Source: Cyanophora paradoxa CCMP329
Lineage: Eukaryota; Plantae; Glaucophyta
NCBI GenBank assembly: GCA_004431415.1
Contig: QPMI01000507.1
Span: 1 to 64,000 of the forward strand
Length of the DNA stretch: 64,000 nucleotides
Direction of reading: 5' to 3'
Position 1 is the first letter of the stretch; every line of letters begins with the position of its first letter. Under the pieces are notes generated by a model that was not told the DNA's origin, did no database searches, and saw only the letters and a list, made by a program, of their open reading frames with translations. A program made the translations under genes and the position numbers. This document shows positions 37,136 through 50,546 of the stretch, piece by piece.

Positions 37136-37440
37136 CGTCGCCCGATGCTTCTCTGCAGCTGCTGCGGCTCTAGTTTCACCTGCTGCTGCAGGCTGCATGC
37201 TGCTGCGTGCGATTGCCCCAGTGCGCACTGCCAGCTGCACTGCGGGCCAGCCGCCAGCTGCTCTGGGGGGTAGATTGTATGGGACGACTGACCGCGGCGC
37301 CGGCGCCGCGCACGACTCTGCGGCACGAGCAGCAGGACTCCCGGGAGCGATCCCGGACTCCGGAACTTTTTTTTGGACCGGAAGTCCGATCGAGTTGCCA
37401 GCTGCAGACGGCGACTCGTCGGCGAGAGGCTGCGACGCTA

Positions 37441-37829
37441 CGAGTTATGGGCCTTAGGCGGAGTTTCCTGGCGAACTGGGGCCAAACTCCAGGGGCCTGA
37501 AGCGGCTGGCAGATCTTGCCCTTATGTAAATTAGCTACCGGGTAGGTTCTAGTAGCCTCCTGGTACAGTCCTAGTAACCGCCGGCTAGTAAGTTAGCAGT
37601 AACTGCCAACAGCAGCTTTTATATAGCATGTGAAATATACCGGCACGTGCCCAATCGGAAAACACTGGCATTTTCAAGTCGAATTAGTACGGGGACCTCG
37701 ACGGTCCCAGCGCAGTACTAATTTGAGTCAAAAGGTGTTCCCAGTCTAAAACTCGGCCGAGTTTTAGTCAATCGACTTGACTCGGAAAAAGTTTGTATGG
37801 CGGAAACTGCGCCTAAGGCCCATAACTCG
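37441..37829. mobile_element. Tc1/mariner-type MITE (389 bp)
   Basis: 28-bp TIR CGAGTTATGGGCCTTAGGCG(G/C)AGTTTCC with one mismatch, flanked by TA on both sides. Confidence 0.85.
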
Positions 37830-37968
37830 TAGCGCGAGCCTGCGACGTCGACGCCGGGCGTCGCCGGCAGGGAAATACTAGCCTAGTAGGGAGAGCCGCG
37901 CTGAGCAGGCTCCGTGGACTCGGCCGCCTCGGCGTAGAGCAGGAAAATACTGCACGCAGAAAATTAGT

Positions 37969-38023
37969 GGAGCCCGAAATTAGTGGACCGAAAACTTGAG
38001 TCAGTCCACTAATTTCGGGCTCC
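37969..38023. repeat. Perfect 20-bp inverted repeat, 15-nt loop
   Basis: GGAGCCCGAAATTAGTGGAC ... GTCCACTAATTTCGGGCTCC. Confidence 0.9.
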
Positions 38024-39681
38024 AGTTTTCGAATTCCCTGCCGCAGTGCTGGGCCACTGCTGGCACTGTGCTGCTAAGCTGCCCTATACATGTACGTACA
38101 GTACTAGTACCCCCGGCCCAAAATTACCGCCCCATACATATGCATAGCATATGGTCGGGGTCCGGGAAAAAATTTAAAAACGCACTAATATCGTGCGAAC
38201 TAATATTGTGTTTTACGGTAAGTTATATGTGGCAGCGCGGAAATTATAAGACGCCGTTACTACTGGCCCGTAGCATAAAACACGGTACCCGGTACGAAGA
38301 ATTCCAGGAGAACTAGTTGATTTAGCATGTATGCATGATGCATGAGTGATTGGGCCGAGGCCCGGCGCCATGGCCGCCACTGCCACGTGGCCACTGGCCA
38401 CTGCGCATGCCACTGGGCCACTGCCGGCGCCACTGGCCAGTGGCAGTGGCGGACGCGCGCGCCGGCGGCGCGCCGCGCGCGCGCGATCGATATATATATA
38501 TATCGGTGCGAACTCGGAATCCCGGATCTAGTACTAGAGTACCAGACTACTACTAGTCCACGGCGACTCCACGCGTCGCCACGCGATCGATCATCGATAT
38601 CGCGAATTTCCGCGATCAAAATTGAAATTGTTTTTAAAACGTCGGACGTCGTCGTCGACGTTCGACTCTCCAAGGAGTCTCAACACAGCTCGTTTTTTTT
38701 CCTAATCGACCCAACACGGCCCGGATATGGGCAAGGGTAGCCGGCGATCGCGATAACTTTTCACCCGAAGCTAGGCGGCTAGCGCCCAAGCTACAGGTTG
38801 TAGCCGGCATGCTAGCGGGTAGATTGCACTAGCTTGCGCCGGGGAATTCCTAATACCCGAGGGGAATTTTACAAAACCGGATATTCGGCCGTGTCGGGTC
38901 GACCGGTAAAAAAAACGAGCTGTGCAATCGCCAACAATTGCAAGCTTAAGTCTCCGTGACAGGCTCCTAGAGAGTTCTGCAGACTCCTACTCCGATGATC
39001 GGCTCCGACTGTTGCCTCCGAGGAGCCGGGGGTCTGGGTGCCGGGGGCCGGGGGCCGGGGCGCGGCCTGGCCATGGGGCCCTGCTGATGCGATGATGGGG
39101 GCCCGCAGCCGGGGCCCGGCCCCCCGGGGGGCGGGCCCGGGCGGCGGGCGGCGGGCCGCGGCCCGCGGCACGCCGCCGGCCGGCCGGCCTGGGCTCAGCG
39201 GCTGGCCCGGCTACCGCTGGTCGGGCCCGGCGGGTGGGGGCCGGGGGGTGGCGGGCGCGGGGCCCGGCGCGCGGCCCCGCCCCCCGAGCCCGGCCGCCGC
39301 GCACGGGCCCGTGGCCGGGGGCCGAGGCCGGGCCGGGGCCAGCTGGCGCCGGTTCGAATTCGCGATCTAGGAGGGCGGCCAGCTGGCTCGTATCACGACT
39401 CCGGCAGGGAGTCTGCTTTGGCGGCGCGGCCTCTACCCTCAGGCCCTTCGCCCAACACGTGCACCCCATATGCATGGCCACGACCTCTCCGCAACACCCC
39501 CCCCCCCCCCCCCCCCACCCCCCCACCCCCCCCTCCCCTCCCCAGCTGCAGGCCCTCCCTCCACCGACCCTCCCCCGCGGCCGGCCGGGCGAGCCTGGGG
39601 CAGGCCCGGAGCTAGCGCTGCGAGGGCGTGGCCGTACTGCCGCCACAGGCCGGGGCCATGCAGGGACGAACATCGGGCTCG

Positions 39682-42600
39682 CTAGGCGACCTGGGCGGCC
39701 CTCTCGTAGACCCTCCAAAACTGGCTGCGGTCCATGCGGCTCCACTTGCGCCGCCGCCGCTCCCGCCACTCCAGGTCCTCCTCCATCCGCCGTCCGAAGG
39801 GCGCCATCTGCGTCGCATGAGCGGGTCGGAGCCGGGAGCGGGACGGGGGCGGGCGGGGCGCGGCGCGGCGGGGCGGGCCTTGCGGGTGCGGGCGAGCTCC
39901 TGGGAGCGCTTGGAGAGGGCGGGCGCGAAGGTGCACTCGGCCAGCTCCCCGCGCTCGAAGGCCGTGTCGGGCGGCCGCCGCTCCTGGCACCGCCACGTCG
40001 AGAAGGCGCAGAGGCGGGCCGGCGGGGGCGGGCGGGCGCACGGCGGGCCCCGCGGGCTGGTAGAAGAGGCGCTCGTGCGCCGGCTGCTTCAGGTACTGCG
40101 CGCGGCCCCCGCCCCCGCACCAGGGTCGGAACGACACGCGCGCGGCAGGCGAGAGGGGGGGATCGGGGCGCGCACGGCCTTCAGCCGCTCGGACTCGGCA
40201 GCGGCGCTGCGGGCTTTCCCTCAGGCGGGGCGGCGGGCGGGCGGGCGGGGCGGGCGCGCACGAGGAGGGGCGGGCGGGGCGGGGCGGGAGGGGCTGCGGG
40301 AGGCGGGGGGCTCTGGGAGGGCCCCCCGCCAGCCTGTCCCACGGCCGCTCGCCCCCGGGCTCCTCCCCCGGCTGGCGCGCGAGCTCAGGGCCCAGCGGGG
40401 GCGGGGCCGGGGCGGGCGGCGCGGGCGCGCACGGGGGCTCGGGGAGGCGGCGCGGCGCTTGGCGAGGTCCTCCTCCAGCCGCTGCGCGCCCCGGCAGCGG
40501 CCGCCTCAGAGGAGGAGAGGGCGGCGGCGGGGCGCGCACCCGCATGAAGCGGTCGGCGCTCTTCGCGAAGCCGACGCGGGCGGCGTGCTCCTCCAGCCGC
40601 TGCCGTGCCGCAAGCGCTCGGGGGTCGGCGCGCGGCTCGAGCAGCGCTCGGCGCTCGGCGGGGGCGGGCGGGGGCGGGCCTGCATGTGGAGGGCGTTGGC
40701 GAAGTCGGGGCGGGCGCGGAAGGCGCGGCGGAGGAAGGAGGCGTAGAGGGCGAGGCGGGCGGCGATCTCGCGCCCCGTGAAGCGCCCCCCGAGGAGGGCC
40801 TCCAGCGCCGCGTACGAGCCGACCGCCCCGCCGGCCGCCTTCAACGCCCCGATCAGCTTCTCGTCGTCCCCGTCCCGCCACCGCTCCTCCTTCCCCGCCT
40901 CTGCGCAGCCGCCGCGGCCCGCTCGCGCCCTCTCCCTCTTCCTCGCGCGAGGCCGGCTGGGAACGCACGGGGCGGGGCGGCCGAGGCGAGGCGGGCGGGG
41001 TCGCTGCGGCGGCGGATGTCCTCCTGGAGGCGGGCGAGGAAGGGGGCGGGGGCGGGGCCCATGATGCGCCGCGTCCCCGCGCTGATCGCCGGCTTGAAGG
41101 GGAAGAGGTCGTTCCGCACGTCCCCCTTCGGGAACGGCATCGCCGGGGGCGCCCTCGGCACCGCCGCCCGTCCCGGCGGCGGGGGCGGGGCGGAGGGGGC
41201 AGCAGGGGCAGGGCGCGGCTGCGGCGGCGGGGCGGCCGCGCGGGCGGCGGCGGCGGCGGCGGCGGCCGAGCGAAGGAAGGGGCGTGGCGGCCCTCAGCCT
41301 CCGCGGCCGCCGCCCGGGCCGCCGCGGCCGCCGCCTCAGCTGCCTCGGCGGCCTCGCGGGCGCGCGCCTGGGCCCGCCGGGCGAGCAGGAGGGCGCGCCC
41401 GTCCCCGTCCTCCTCCCCCGTCGCGCTGCCGCCCGCCCCGCTCCATTCCGCGAGCGAGGGGGGAAGAAGTGGAGGGGGGTAGCGGCACCTGATCTGAAGG
41501 CGCGCGTACGCGGCGGCGAGGTCGCCCTTCAGCGCCGCGGCCTCTGCGGGGGCCGTCGCGACGCAGCCCGTACCCCGCTCCGAGGGGGCACGGCACCGGG
41601 CCCCTCGAGGAGCTTGACGAGCTGCGCGAGGCCCCTCTCGTCCTGCGGCGCCAGCGGTCGGGGGGGCGAAGAGGCCCCGGAGGGGGAGGGGGGTACGGGA
41701 GCGCCTCGATGGGGAGGGGCCGGACGGCGCCGAAGCGGGAGGCGGACGCCGGGGCGCGGGGCGGGGCGGCCTCGACGCGGACGATGCGGCCGGCGGCGCC
41801 GAGGAGCAGGCCGCGGCCCTCCACCGCCCCCGCCCGCCACGAGCACTGCGAGAGCAGAGGGGCGGCCCGTCAGTCGCCCCACGGGACCGGGGCGAGGGGC
41901 GAGAGGGCGCGCCTCGTATCGCTCGCCCGAGGCCGTCGTGTAGACGCCGGCGCCCGTCATCGCGTCCCCGCCCCACTCCCCCTCGTACCCCTCCCCCGCC
42001 CCCGTCTCCAGGCGCCCGAACCCGCTCCGCCCGTCCGCCGCCCACCCGCCGGCGTACCGCGAGCCGTCCGGGTACACGCACACCCCGGGGCCCGTCCGCC
42101 GGTCCATCGCCCACGTCCCCTCGTGCCGCGAGCCGTCCGCACCCCGCAGCGCCCCCGCCCCGCACCGCGCGTCCTGCGTGCCCGCCGCTCAGGTGAGCGC
42201 GCGCCGGGGGCGGGGGGCGGGGCGGGGGGCGGGGCGGGGGCGCACGGCGGCGAAGCGGCCGCAGTAGACGGAGCCGCCGGGCAGGGCGAGGGCGCCCGAG
42301 CCGTCCGCCTTCCCCTCCCGCACCTCGCCCTCGTACTGCGCCCCGTCCTTCCGCTTCAGCCTCCCCACCGCCCCCGCCGCTGCAGCCGCCGCCGCCACAG
42401 CTGCTGCGGCCGTCCCCGCTGGCGCCGGCGCCGCGGCGGAGGCGGAGGTGACGGAGGCGCGCCGGACGCTGGCGGAGGCGGGCCGGGGCCGGACGGAGGC
42501 CTTGGGCGGCCCGCCGTCCTCGCGCGCCACGATGGCCACCACGCTCGTGCGCTCCTCGGCCGTCGCCCGCTTCAGCGCCTCGACCTTCGCCGCCTCCTCC

Positions 42601-42728
42601 ACCCGCTTCGCCGGCGCCGAGGCCGGCCGCCCGTGCTCGGGCTTCAGCGGCGCGGCGAGCGCGACCTCGGCGTCTAGCTCCGCGTCGTCGCCCGTGTCAT
42701 TCGCGACATCCTCTCCGTTCTCGTGCAT
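39682..42728 (-). CDS. MORN-repeat protein with C-terminal FxP-type repeats (possibly cytoskeletal or flagellar)
   Basis: MORN repeats QYEGEVREGKADGSG, RYAGGWAADGRSGFG, YEGEWGGDAMTGAG. Later motifs FPFKPAIS and ECTFAPALS. Confidence 0.8.
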
Positions 42729-43394
42729 CGCCGCTCAGCGGGGCGCCCCGCAGCTCGCTGCCTGGTCTAACTTGGCCCGCGCCGGCCCTCGGGCGGCTGG
42801 GACGATCGACCTCGCCTTGGCTCTGCTGGAGCCTGTGCTTGCCTACGGGCTGGGTCGACCAGCCTGGGCCTAGCCGCGAGAAGCCGCACTCAAACTTCGA
42901 CTCGGTTAGACTCGGAAGTGACTCGGGGAAGAGGGCTTGGTGTAGGAATCACAGTAGGACGAGCTTTCTGGAGCGATAACTAGTCCGAGGCCGGCGAGGC
43001 GCTCCCGCGACACCCCCACCTCCTTCGGGCCTCCCAGGTTCGACTCCCTTCGAAGGGACTTTCAAGTTTCACCGAGCGCACCCGCTTCAAGGTCCGTCGC
43101 GATGCCCGGCTCGCCGAGCAGCGATCGCGAGGAGGACGCTCAAGCTGCACGGGCGCCGCTGCTAGGCGGGCTCGGCAATGGCAAGGTGCGACCCGTGAGG
43201 GCCGTGACGCCGGCACCGCCGGCTGGCAGGCAGTGGCGCCGGCGTGCGGGAATGTAGCTCTAATTAGGTTGCTAGGCCGCTCGCTGCGCCTCGAGGGCCG
43301 TCGTGCGCTCGCGCGTCCGCGCTGCGTACGTAGACAAGCCCGGCGCGGTCTAGAGGGGACGTGCGGGCCAGCAGCGACGCTCGTGCGACGCTTC

Positions 43395-45931
43395 ATGGAC
43401 CCAGCGTGAATTCTCTGGCGTCTAGTCCCCCGCGCCGGCCCGCGGCGCGCGCAGGCCGCCCGATGTCCCTTCGCGCTGACTGCTTCCGGCCGGGGCGCGG
43501 CGCGCGGCGCGCAGCGGAACAGCTTCGCGGTGTACCGGACGATGGGGGACGGTTCGGTGCGCGGGGGCGTGCTCTTCCTGAACGACGACATCCGCCTCTA
43601 CGCGCGCCGCTGGCTCGTCCTCGCCCTCTTCTCCCTCGCCGTGCGCCGGCCCAGAGCTGCCGCGGGCTCTCAAGCTCGGCTTGGCTTAGCCGGGGCCTTC
43701 GCCGCAGAGCGCGACGAACAACGTGATCAGCTTCCAGTACAGCCCCGTCGCCCACGCCGCGCGGGAGTTCTTCGACGTGCGCGTACCCCGCCCCCAACGC
43801 GATCCTGCGCCCCGCCCACGCCCTCCGTCGTACTCCCACCGCAGTGCTCCTCCGGCGGCGTGCACCTGCTCGTCCTGGGTACGCTGTCTTAACTTCGTGC
43901 TTTGTTTGCTCTCGTTGCCCGTGCCCGGCCGAGCACCCCGCCTCGCCGCACCCCCAGTTCACTTCGTGGCCTACATGGCGCTCTCGACGGTCGGCTCGTA
44001 CCTCGTGACGGCGGCGGGTCTGTACCCCGTGGTGTGCGGGGGCGCGCTGCTGCAGGCCGGCGGCGCCTGGATCCGCGTCTGGGGCTCGGGCTTCGAGCGG
44101 AGCCGGGCCGAGCGCTACGGGCTCGTGCTCCTCGGCCAGACCGTCGCGAGCGCCGCCGCGCCGGCCTTCGTCAACCCGCCCCCGCTCCTCTCCTCCCTCT
44201 GGTTCGACGAGCGCGGCCGCACGCTCGCCACCGCCGCCTCCGTGCAGGCAAACTTCATCGGTTCGCGTACCCCCCGCTTTTTCCCCGCCCTGTACCCCGC
44301 CAAGCGCGCGCGGAACGGCAGGCATCGCGCTCGCGTTCGTGCTGTCCCCGCACGTGGTTCGGTACCCCGGCGACATCCCCGTGCGCCGCGTACCCCCGGC
44401 CCCTCTTCCCCCGCCCCCCGATTCGAGTACCCCCCGACCAGGCGCTGGACTTTTACGTTGCCGTGTGGTCCTCCCTCCTCGCCGTCGCCACCCTCGCCTT
44501 CTTCGCCGAGCGGGTGCCGTACCCCCGCCTTGTCCCCCCCCCCTTCTTTTAACCTCCCGCCCCAGCCACCCTCGCCGCCGACCCTCCGCGCCGCCGTCGC
44601 TGAGGCCGACCCCGACCCGTGCGCGTACCCCCGCGCCGCTCTCTCCTCAGACTTGTGCCCCCGATTCCGATGCCCGCGACAGGCGCCCCAACCTGCGCGA
44701 GACCTTCAGGCAGTCCCTCGGCCTCTTCCGCAGCCCCGTTCGCGTCGGCATCGATTGTGTGCCCCGCCCTCCCTCACCCGCATCCCCCGCAGGCCTTCAG
44801 CCTGACTGTCGTCGCCTTCGCTGCCGCCGAGACCAGTGCGCTCCCCTCCTACCCCCCTCCCGGCCTCCCCTTTGCCCCCGAGCGACCCCGCCTCCGCAGT
44901 CTTCAACGTGGTGCCCATCTTCCTGAACCAGAGCCTCGTCCCCGAGGGCTTCTCCCCCCAGTTCGTCGGTCCGCCCCCGCCCCTCCATCCCCCCCCCTCG
45001 CTCCCCTCACCGTTCGCCTCTCGCCCGGGCCCAGGCTGGCTGGGGGCCGGCTTCATCGTGGCGGGCGGCGCGGGCGGCTTCCTGGGCGGCCTCGCCGTCG
45101 ACGCCACCGGCGCCCACAAGGCCCGCCCCGCCGCCCGCCCGCACCCTCGCCCCCGCTCGCGCCCGCCAGGGTCGCCATGAGACCGCTAGGAGACTCACGG
45201 CGCCCCCTCTTCTCTGCTTCGTCCCCCCGCTGAGGCTCCGCAGCTGGCGATGGTGGCGAGCCTGGCGGCGGCGGCGGCGGGGATGGGCTCCTTCGCGGCG
45301 GCGGCCGCCGGGGCGCGCCACCGCGCCGCCGTCGTCGCCGCCGTCCTCTCCGCTGGCTTCTTCCTCGGCCCCGTCCGCAGCGCCGCAGCGCCCCGCCTCG
45401 GGCTCCTGCCCCCGATCGATCGTCGGGCATGGCCAGGTGGAGCCGATCGGGGCGGAGCTGGGGTGCGAGGCGACGGCGCCGGCCCCGGAGGCGACCGTCT
45501 GCGCCCTCCAGAGCCTCCTGTGCGGCCCACCCCCCTCTCCGATGCGGGGGCGCGGGGTGCGAGGGGGCGTGCAGGGGCCAGGTCTGCTCGCTGCTCGCCG
45601 TGCCGGCGATGGAGGCGCTGCGGGACCCGCACACGGGCTCCATGCGCCTCCCCAACGCCGCCGCCGCCGCCGCCCTCGCCGCCGCCGCCCTCCTCTTCGC
45701 CCTCTACCGCCCCCGCGCCGCCCCGGCGGCGGCCTCCTCGTCGTCCCCCTCGCCCCCGACGCCGAGGCCGCCCCGGCGCTCGGCCCGGGCCCGCCCCCGC
45801 CCCCTCATGATCACCTGCCCGCGCCCCCGGGCACGCCGGCCGGCCCCGCGCCCGCGCCCGCGCGCTCGCAGCCGGCCGCGGCGCGCGGCCTCGAGAGGGC
45901 CATCTCCTACGCCGCCGCCGTCCACCGCTGA
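43395..45931 (+). CDS. MFS transporter, SLC49/FLVCR-like; boundaries approximate
   Basis: RLYARRWLVLALFSL, LLQAGGAWIR, LLGQTVAS..PPLLSSLWF..RTLAT, GFLGGLAVD, E.GAELGCE; many TM exons. Confidence 0.85.
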
Positions 45932-46853
45932 CGGGAAACGTGCACGTCGCTCGGACGGGAGGCAAATTGTGGCCGATCGCGCTGGCCTCGCTGAACGCTA
46001 GCTGCGGTTCGCCCCGCCGTAGTTTCTCAAAAACAAGTGAGCCGCGCCCCCGCTGCACGGGCACCGGTACCGACCGATGCCCTTCGAATTCATGGCTCCC
46101 AGAAAAATGTACATGTGCAAGAGACTCTGAGATCTAAAGGTTTAGCCTAGTAGAAGAAAACACTTGCGCATGCATGCATGCATACGCAGCAGACTTTGAC
46201 GGCCGGCTTCGATAGATCATCGGATCCGAACGTTGGGCCGAGCGCGGGCCGCGATCGGGCCGACGACGGACCCGGGATTCGATGATCAGGGGTAGGGGCA
46301 GCTGGTGTCAAATTACGCAGGTCCTGCCTGCTGCCAGGCTGCCAGGCTGCTCTAACTGCATCATGATGAGTTGCATTGTGAAGCACTGAAACTGCTGAAT
46401 AGTGGTCGATGATTGCATATGCTCCACATGTACACATGCATGATGCATTGGGTTTGGTATATCTTCCTCGAGTTTCTTGAATTTTGCCGTTGAGGTGCAC
46501 CGTGGCAGATACGCACAAGTCATGATCATCCCTTTCTCTTAGTGCTCTTCACGTGAAGTTGGCTCAAGCATTCACGTTTCCTCGGATCGATCCATATGCA
46601 TGCATATGGCACTCGATCGCAAACCTTGAAGCCTCGGAAGGCCATGACGCGTGGTCATGATCATCCATCATCCAGTTCCAATCTATTCGGGGTAGGACTC
46701 TCCGGGAGCTGATATCTATAGCTAGCTATCTGCTTAATTTTTATATGCTTGCAAGTTGGATACGGCCGCGGGCAGCTCGCCGGGGGGCGCGACTGGTGCA
46801 GCGTGGGGCGGGGCGGGGGTGCCGGGGGCCCGGGCGGCCGGGCGGGGGCGGGC

Positions 46854-48563
46854 TCAGCTGGGGCGGCGCAGGACGATGGCGATCCAGCGCTGGAGGATGC
46901 GCTGCACGCCGGGGGGCCGGTAGTAGTGCTCCACCTCTGCCCCCGCCCCCGCCCCCGAGTCAGGCGTGGCGGGGCGGGGCGGGGGTGGAGGAGGCGGTGC
47001 GGGGCGGGGGCGGGGGTGCGGGGCCACCCTCGAGGCCGGCGTCGAGGGCGTAGGCGCGCCACTCCTCGTAGTCCATGAAGTTGCCGTACCTGCCCCGCCC
47101 CGCCCCGCCCCGCCTCACTGCCCCGGCGGGCGCGAGGAGCTCGGGGAGCGGGGGCCTCGGAAGGCGCACCGCTCGTCCTCGGGGCGCGGGCCCTCGAAGC
47201 CGTCGCCCCGCGGGTTCGACATGAAGAGCACGCCCCCGGGCCTGCGCGCACGGCTCGCGCGCCGCGACAAGGCCTCCGCGGCGGAAGGGGGGGGGGGGGG
47301 GGGGGAAGGGGGGGGAAAGGGGGGGAGGGGAGGGGCGGGGGCGGGAGGGTGGGTTGGGGGGGGGGGGATGTGTGGTTTATTTTCAAGTGGGGATGGCGGG
47401 GGTACAGCTTACTTGAGGGAGGCTCGCAGCTCGCGGAGGACGCGGGGAAGCTCGCGCCGGGGTACGTGGAAGAGGCTCGCGTTCGCAAAAATGCCTGCGA
47501 GGGGGTACTGTTGGTTCCTGCAATCGCTGGGGTACGAGCCGGGACGGGCGGTGAGGGGAATGGGGTACCGTCGAAGGTCGATTCGGGAAGCAGGGCGCTG
47601 AGCATATCCTGCGGACCGTTCGGAGGGTACCGCGAGTGAGCACGGGGGTACGGCGCACCTGGTGGAGAACCTTGGCCTTGGGGGCGATGTCGGCGGCCAT
47701 GCGAACGAACTCACGGGACCCCTCTGCAAGGAGCGTCGGGGGCAGAGGAGGCGATCCGACGGAATCAAGGGGGGTACGGGCGCACCGAGGCCGAAGACGG
47801 TGTGTCCCTGCTCGGAGAAGAACGCGAGGTCGCGCCCGGGGCCGCAGCCGTAGTCCAGGATCAGTGCGGGGCGGGTCGGTCAAGGCGCCGCACTCGGTCA
47901 TCCTGGAGCCTCGTGGGCGCGCGGGGCGGCGGAGGCGGCGACGGCCCAAGGATATCGAAGGGCGCCTCCCGGCCGCCGGCCGCAATCGCACGCAGCAGAG
48001 CATCGCGGTTCTGGCTCACGTCGTGGTCCTGCATGCCCCCGCGCCCCCGAGCATTTGTGAGCGACGCGCGGGGCGGGGCGGGGCGGGGCGGGGCGGGGCG
48101 GGCGAGACAAGCGGGCGCGGCCGACCTTCGTGCTCTCCCAAAACTCGTTCGCAAGGCCGTCGTAGTGCGCCAGCGTCCGCCTGCGCTCGGCGAAGAGGAG
48201 CGCTCAAACCAAATGAATGCGGCGCGCGCGCCGCGAAGCCGAAGAGCCCCGCTGCGTCGGCACGCACCTGCTCAGCTGCTGCAGCTCCTCGCTCGAGTAC
48301 TCCTTGGCCGGGAGCAGCGAGCCCTCCGCGTGCGGGCCGCTCCACTGCCGCTCGGTCTCCACGTCGAACCGCGGCCGGCGCGCCTCCATCTCGAAGCGCG
48401 GTACGGCGCGTCTGAGGCTGTTGACACGCGGGGAAGCCGACGTCGACGTGCACGGCGCACGAGAGCAAGCCCCTCGAGCCCGGGGCGGCGTCGCGTGCAC
48501 GTGCTGAGCCCGCCACGCTACGACGGGTCCGGTTGGCAGTGCAACGTAAGCCGAAACCCGCAT
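46854..48563 (-). CDS. Class I SAM-dependent methyltransferase of bacterial type with an N-terminal transit-peptide-like extension
   Basis: Spliced TLAHYDGLANEFWESTK/DHDVSQNRDALL..ILDYGCGPGRDL..G/SREF..FDG/IFANASLFHVPRRELPRVL..LK/PGGVLFMSNPRG..YG..EHYYRPPG..WIAIVLRRPS*. Confidence 0.88.
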
Positions 48564-48991
48564 GCTGCTCCGGCCGGCAGGCGCTGTTGTGAGGTGATAC
48601 CCCCACAACGTGAAGGACTCAGAAGGAGCTGAAGGAACGAGGGCAGCAGCGCTCGCGATACGCGCACCGATGAAGCGCGTAAACGCGTTTGCGCCTGCCG
48701 GAGCGGTGGGCGGCCTGCAGCTTGTCGCGCGGCCGCTCTCTAGCTGGGGCGCCCCGCGGCCGGGCCGGATATCGATCCTAGCAGGCCTGCGAACAGCTTC
48801 GAGCTTCCCGAGGCGAGATCGCGCTATTCGGCCAGCAAATCCCCTGAGGCTCGGCGTGTTGTCGGTTCGAGCTCCCGGCCGCTGGGCTGCGGCAGGAGCG
48901 CGTCGCGTGCCGCAGATCGGCGCGGTCACGTCGTGCGCCGCACACGCGTCGTCTCTCGGAGGTGCGGCATTCGCTCGGCGATCCTGAGCCT

Positions 48992-50282
48992 ATGCGATCG
49001 CCGTTTATGGCGTACGCGTGCGCATGCTGACGCTGCACGGCACGCAGCGTCGAGCGGCGTCGACGCAGGGCCTGCGTGGGGCGACCAGCGCGAGCGGGAG
49101 GCGCAGGCGGCGCCGCCCCCGAGGGCGGCGGGCGCCTGCCGGCCGATCGGGGGCCTGTCGGAGGTGGCGCACCTGTACCGCGGGTTCGTCGTGGACCTCT
49201 GGGGCTGCCTCCACGACGTGCGCGTGCTCCAGCTCGGTTCCCATAGCGTGCCCAGCACGCTGACGGACCGCGCAGGGCGTGAAGCCGTTCGAGACGGTGC
49301 CGGAGTGCCTGGCGCGCATGCGGGAGGACGGGCGGCAGCTCCTCTTCGTCTCCAACTCGACGCAGCCGCGGGAGAGCATCTCGCGGGTGCCCCGCGCCGC
49401 CCGCGCCTCCTCCCGGGGCGCCGCGTGAGAGGCGGGGCCCGGGCAGCACCTGGTGAAGATGGGCATCGTGGTGCCGCCGGAGGAGGTCCTCACCTCGGGC
49501 GACGTCGTGCGGGAGCAGCTCGCGCGCCCCGCGGACCCCGTCTTCCTCCAGAGCGCCCGCCGCGTCTTCCACCTCGCCCGCCCCGAGATGGGGCGCGGCG
49601 GGCGGGGGCACGGGATGGTGGAGGGGCCCCTGGCGGCCCCCGTCGAGCTCGTCGACAGCGTGGCGGATGCGACGCTCGTGCTCCTCTCCTACTTCGGGGA
49701 CGAGGACGAGGACCACGCCCCCGTCCTCGCCGCCCTCCAGGCCCGCCCCGCCGCCCCCGCGTCACACGCGAGCGAGCCTCCTCGCCGCCGCCCCTGACGC
49801 CGGGCGCAGGAGGCGCAGCGGCGGGGCCTGCCGGTGGTGTGCACGAACCCCGACCGGCTGAGCTACAACGGGGACAAGAAGCGCTTTCCCGCCGGCCACT
49901 ACGCGGCGCTGTACGAGCGGATGGGCGGCCGCGCGGTCTACTACGGGAAGCCGCACGCGCCCATCTACGCCGCCGCCCTCCGCCGCCTCCGCGCCCGCGG
50001 CGTCCCCGACCCCTCCGCCGTCCTCGCCGTCGGCGACAGGCCCGCCCGCCCGCCCGCCGCCTCGCCGGCACCGCGGCTCAGGCGGGAGCGCGCAGCCTGG
50101 AGACGGACGTGGCCGGGGGCGCGACGCAGGGCATGGCCGGGCTGCTGCTGGCGTGCGGGGTGCACCAGGACGTGCTGCGGCCGGCCCCCGACTTCTCCAC
50201 CTTCGACGCGGCGGCCGCGCGGCCCCTCTGCGAGCGCCACGGCGTCTGGCCCGAGTACCTCCTCCCCGTCCTCCGCTGGTGA
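48992..50282 (+). CDS. HAD-superfamily hydrolase, subfamily IIA (TIGR01459-like); start uncertain
   Basis: GFVVDLWGCLHD/G, FVSNS, VLTSG, VCTNPD, YYGKPHAPIY, LAVGD/SLETDVAG, GVH. Confidence 0.9.
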
Positions 50283-50546
50283 CCCCGCTCCCGCCCCGGC
50301 TCCGGCTCCGTCCGGCCGCGCCCCGGCCCCGCCTCGGCCCCAGCCCCGCCAGCACGGCCCCCGACCCGCCCCCACTTCCGCCCCGCCCCCGCCCCCGCCC
50401 CCGCCCCCGGCCCCGCTGCAGCTGCGTCCCCGCTTCCGGCCAAGCCTCCACCCTCCGTCCTCCGTGCACGCTCTGCGCCTATCCTTTGAAACCTAATCTA
50501 GCAACTGCACTGCACCGCGCGGGGCGGGGGCCCCCGGGGGGCGCTC

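Noticed and set aside
46140-46660. Possible small gene or TE remnant
   Set aside because: No recognisable domain, termini or consistent exon structure.
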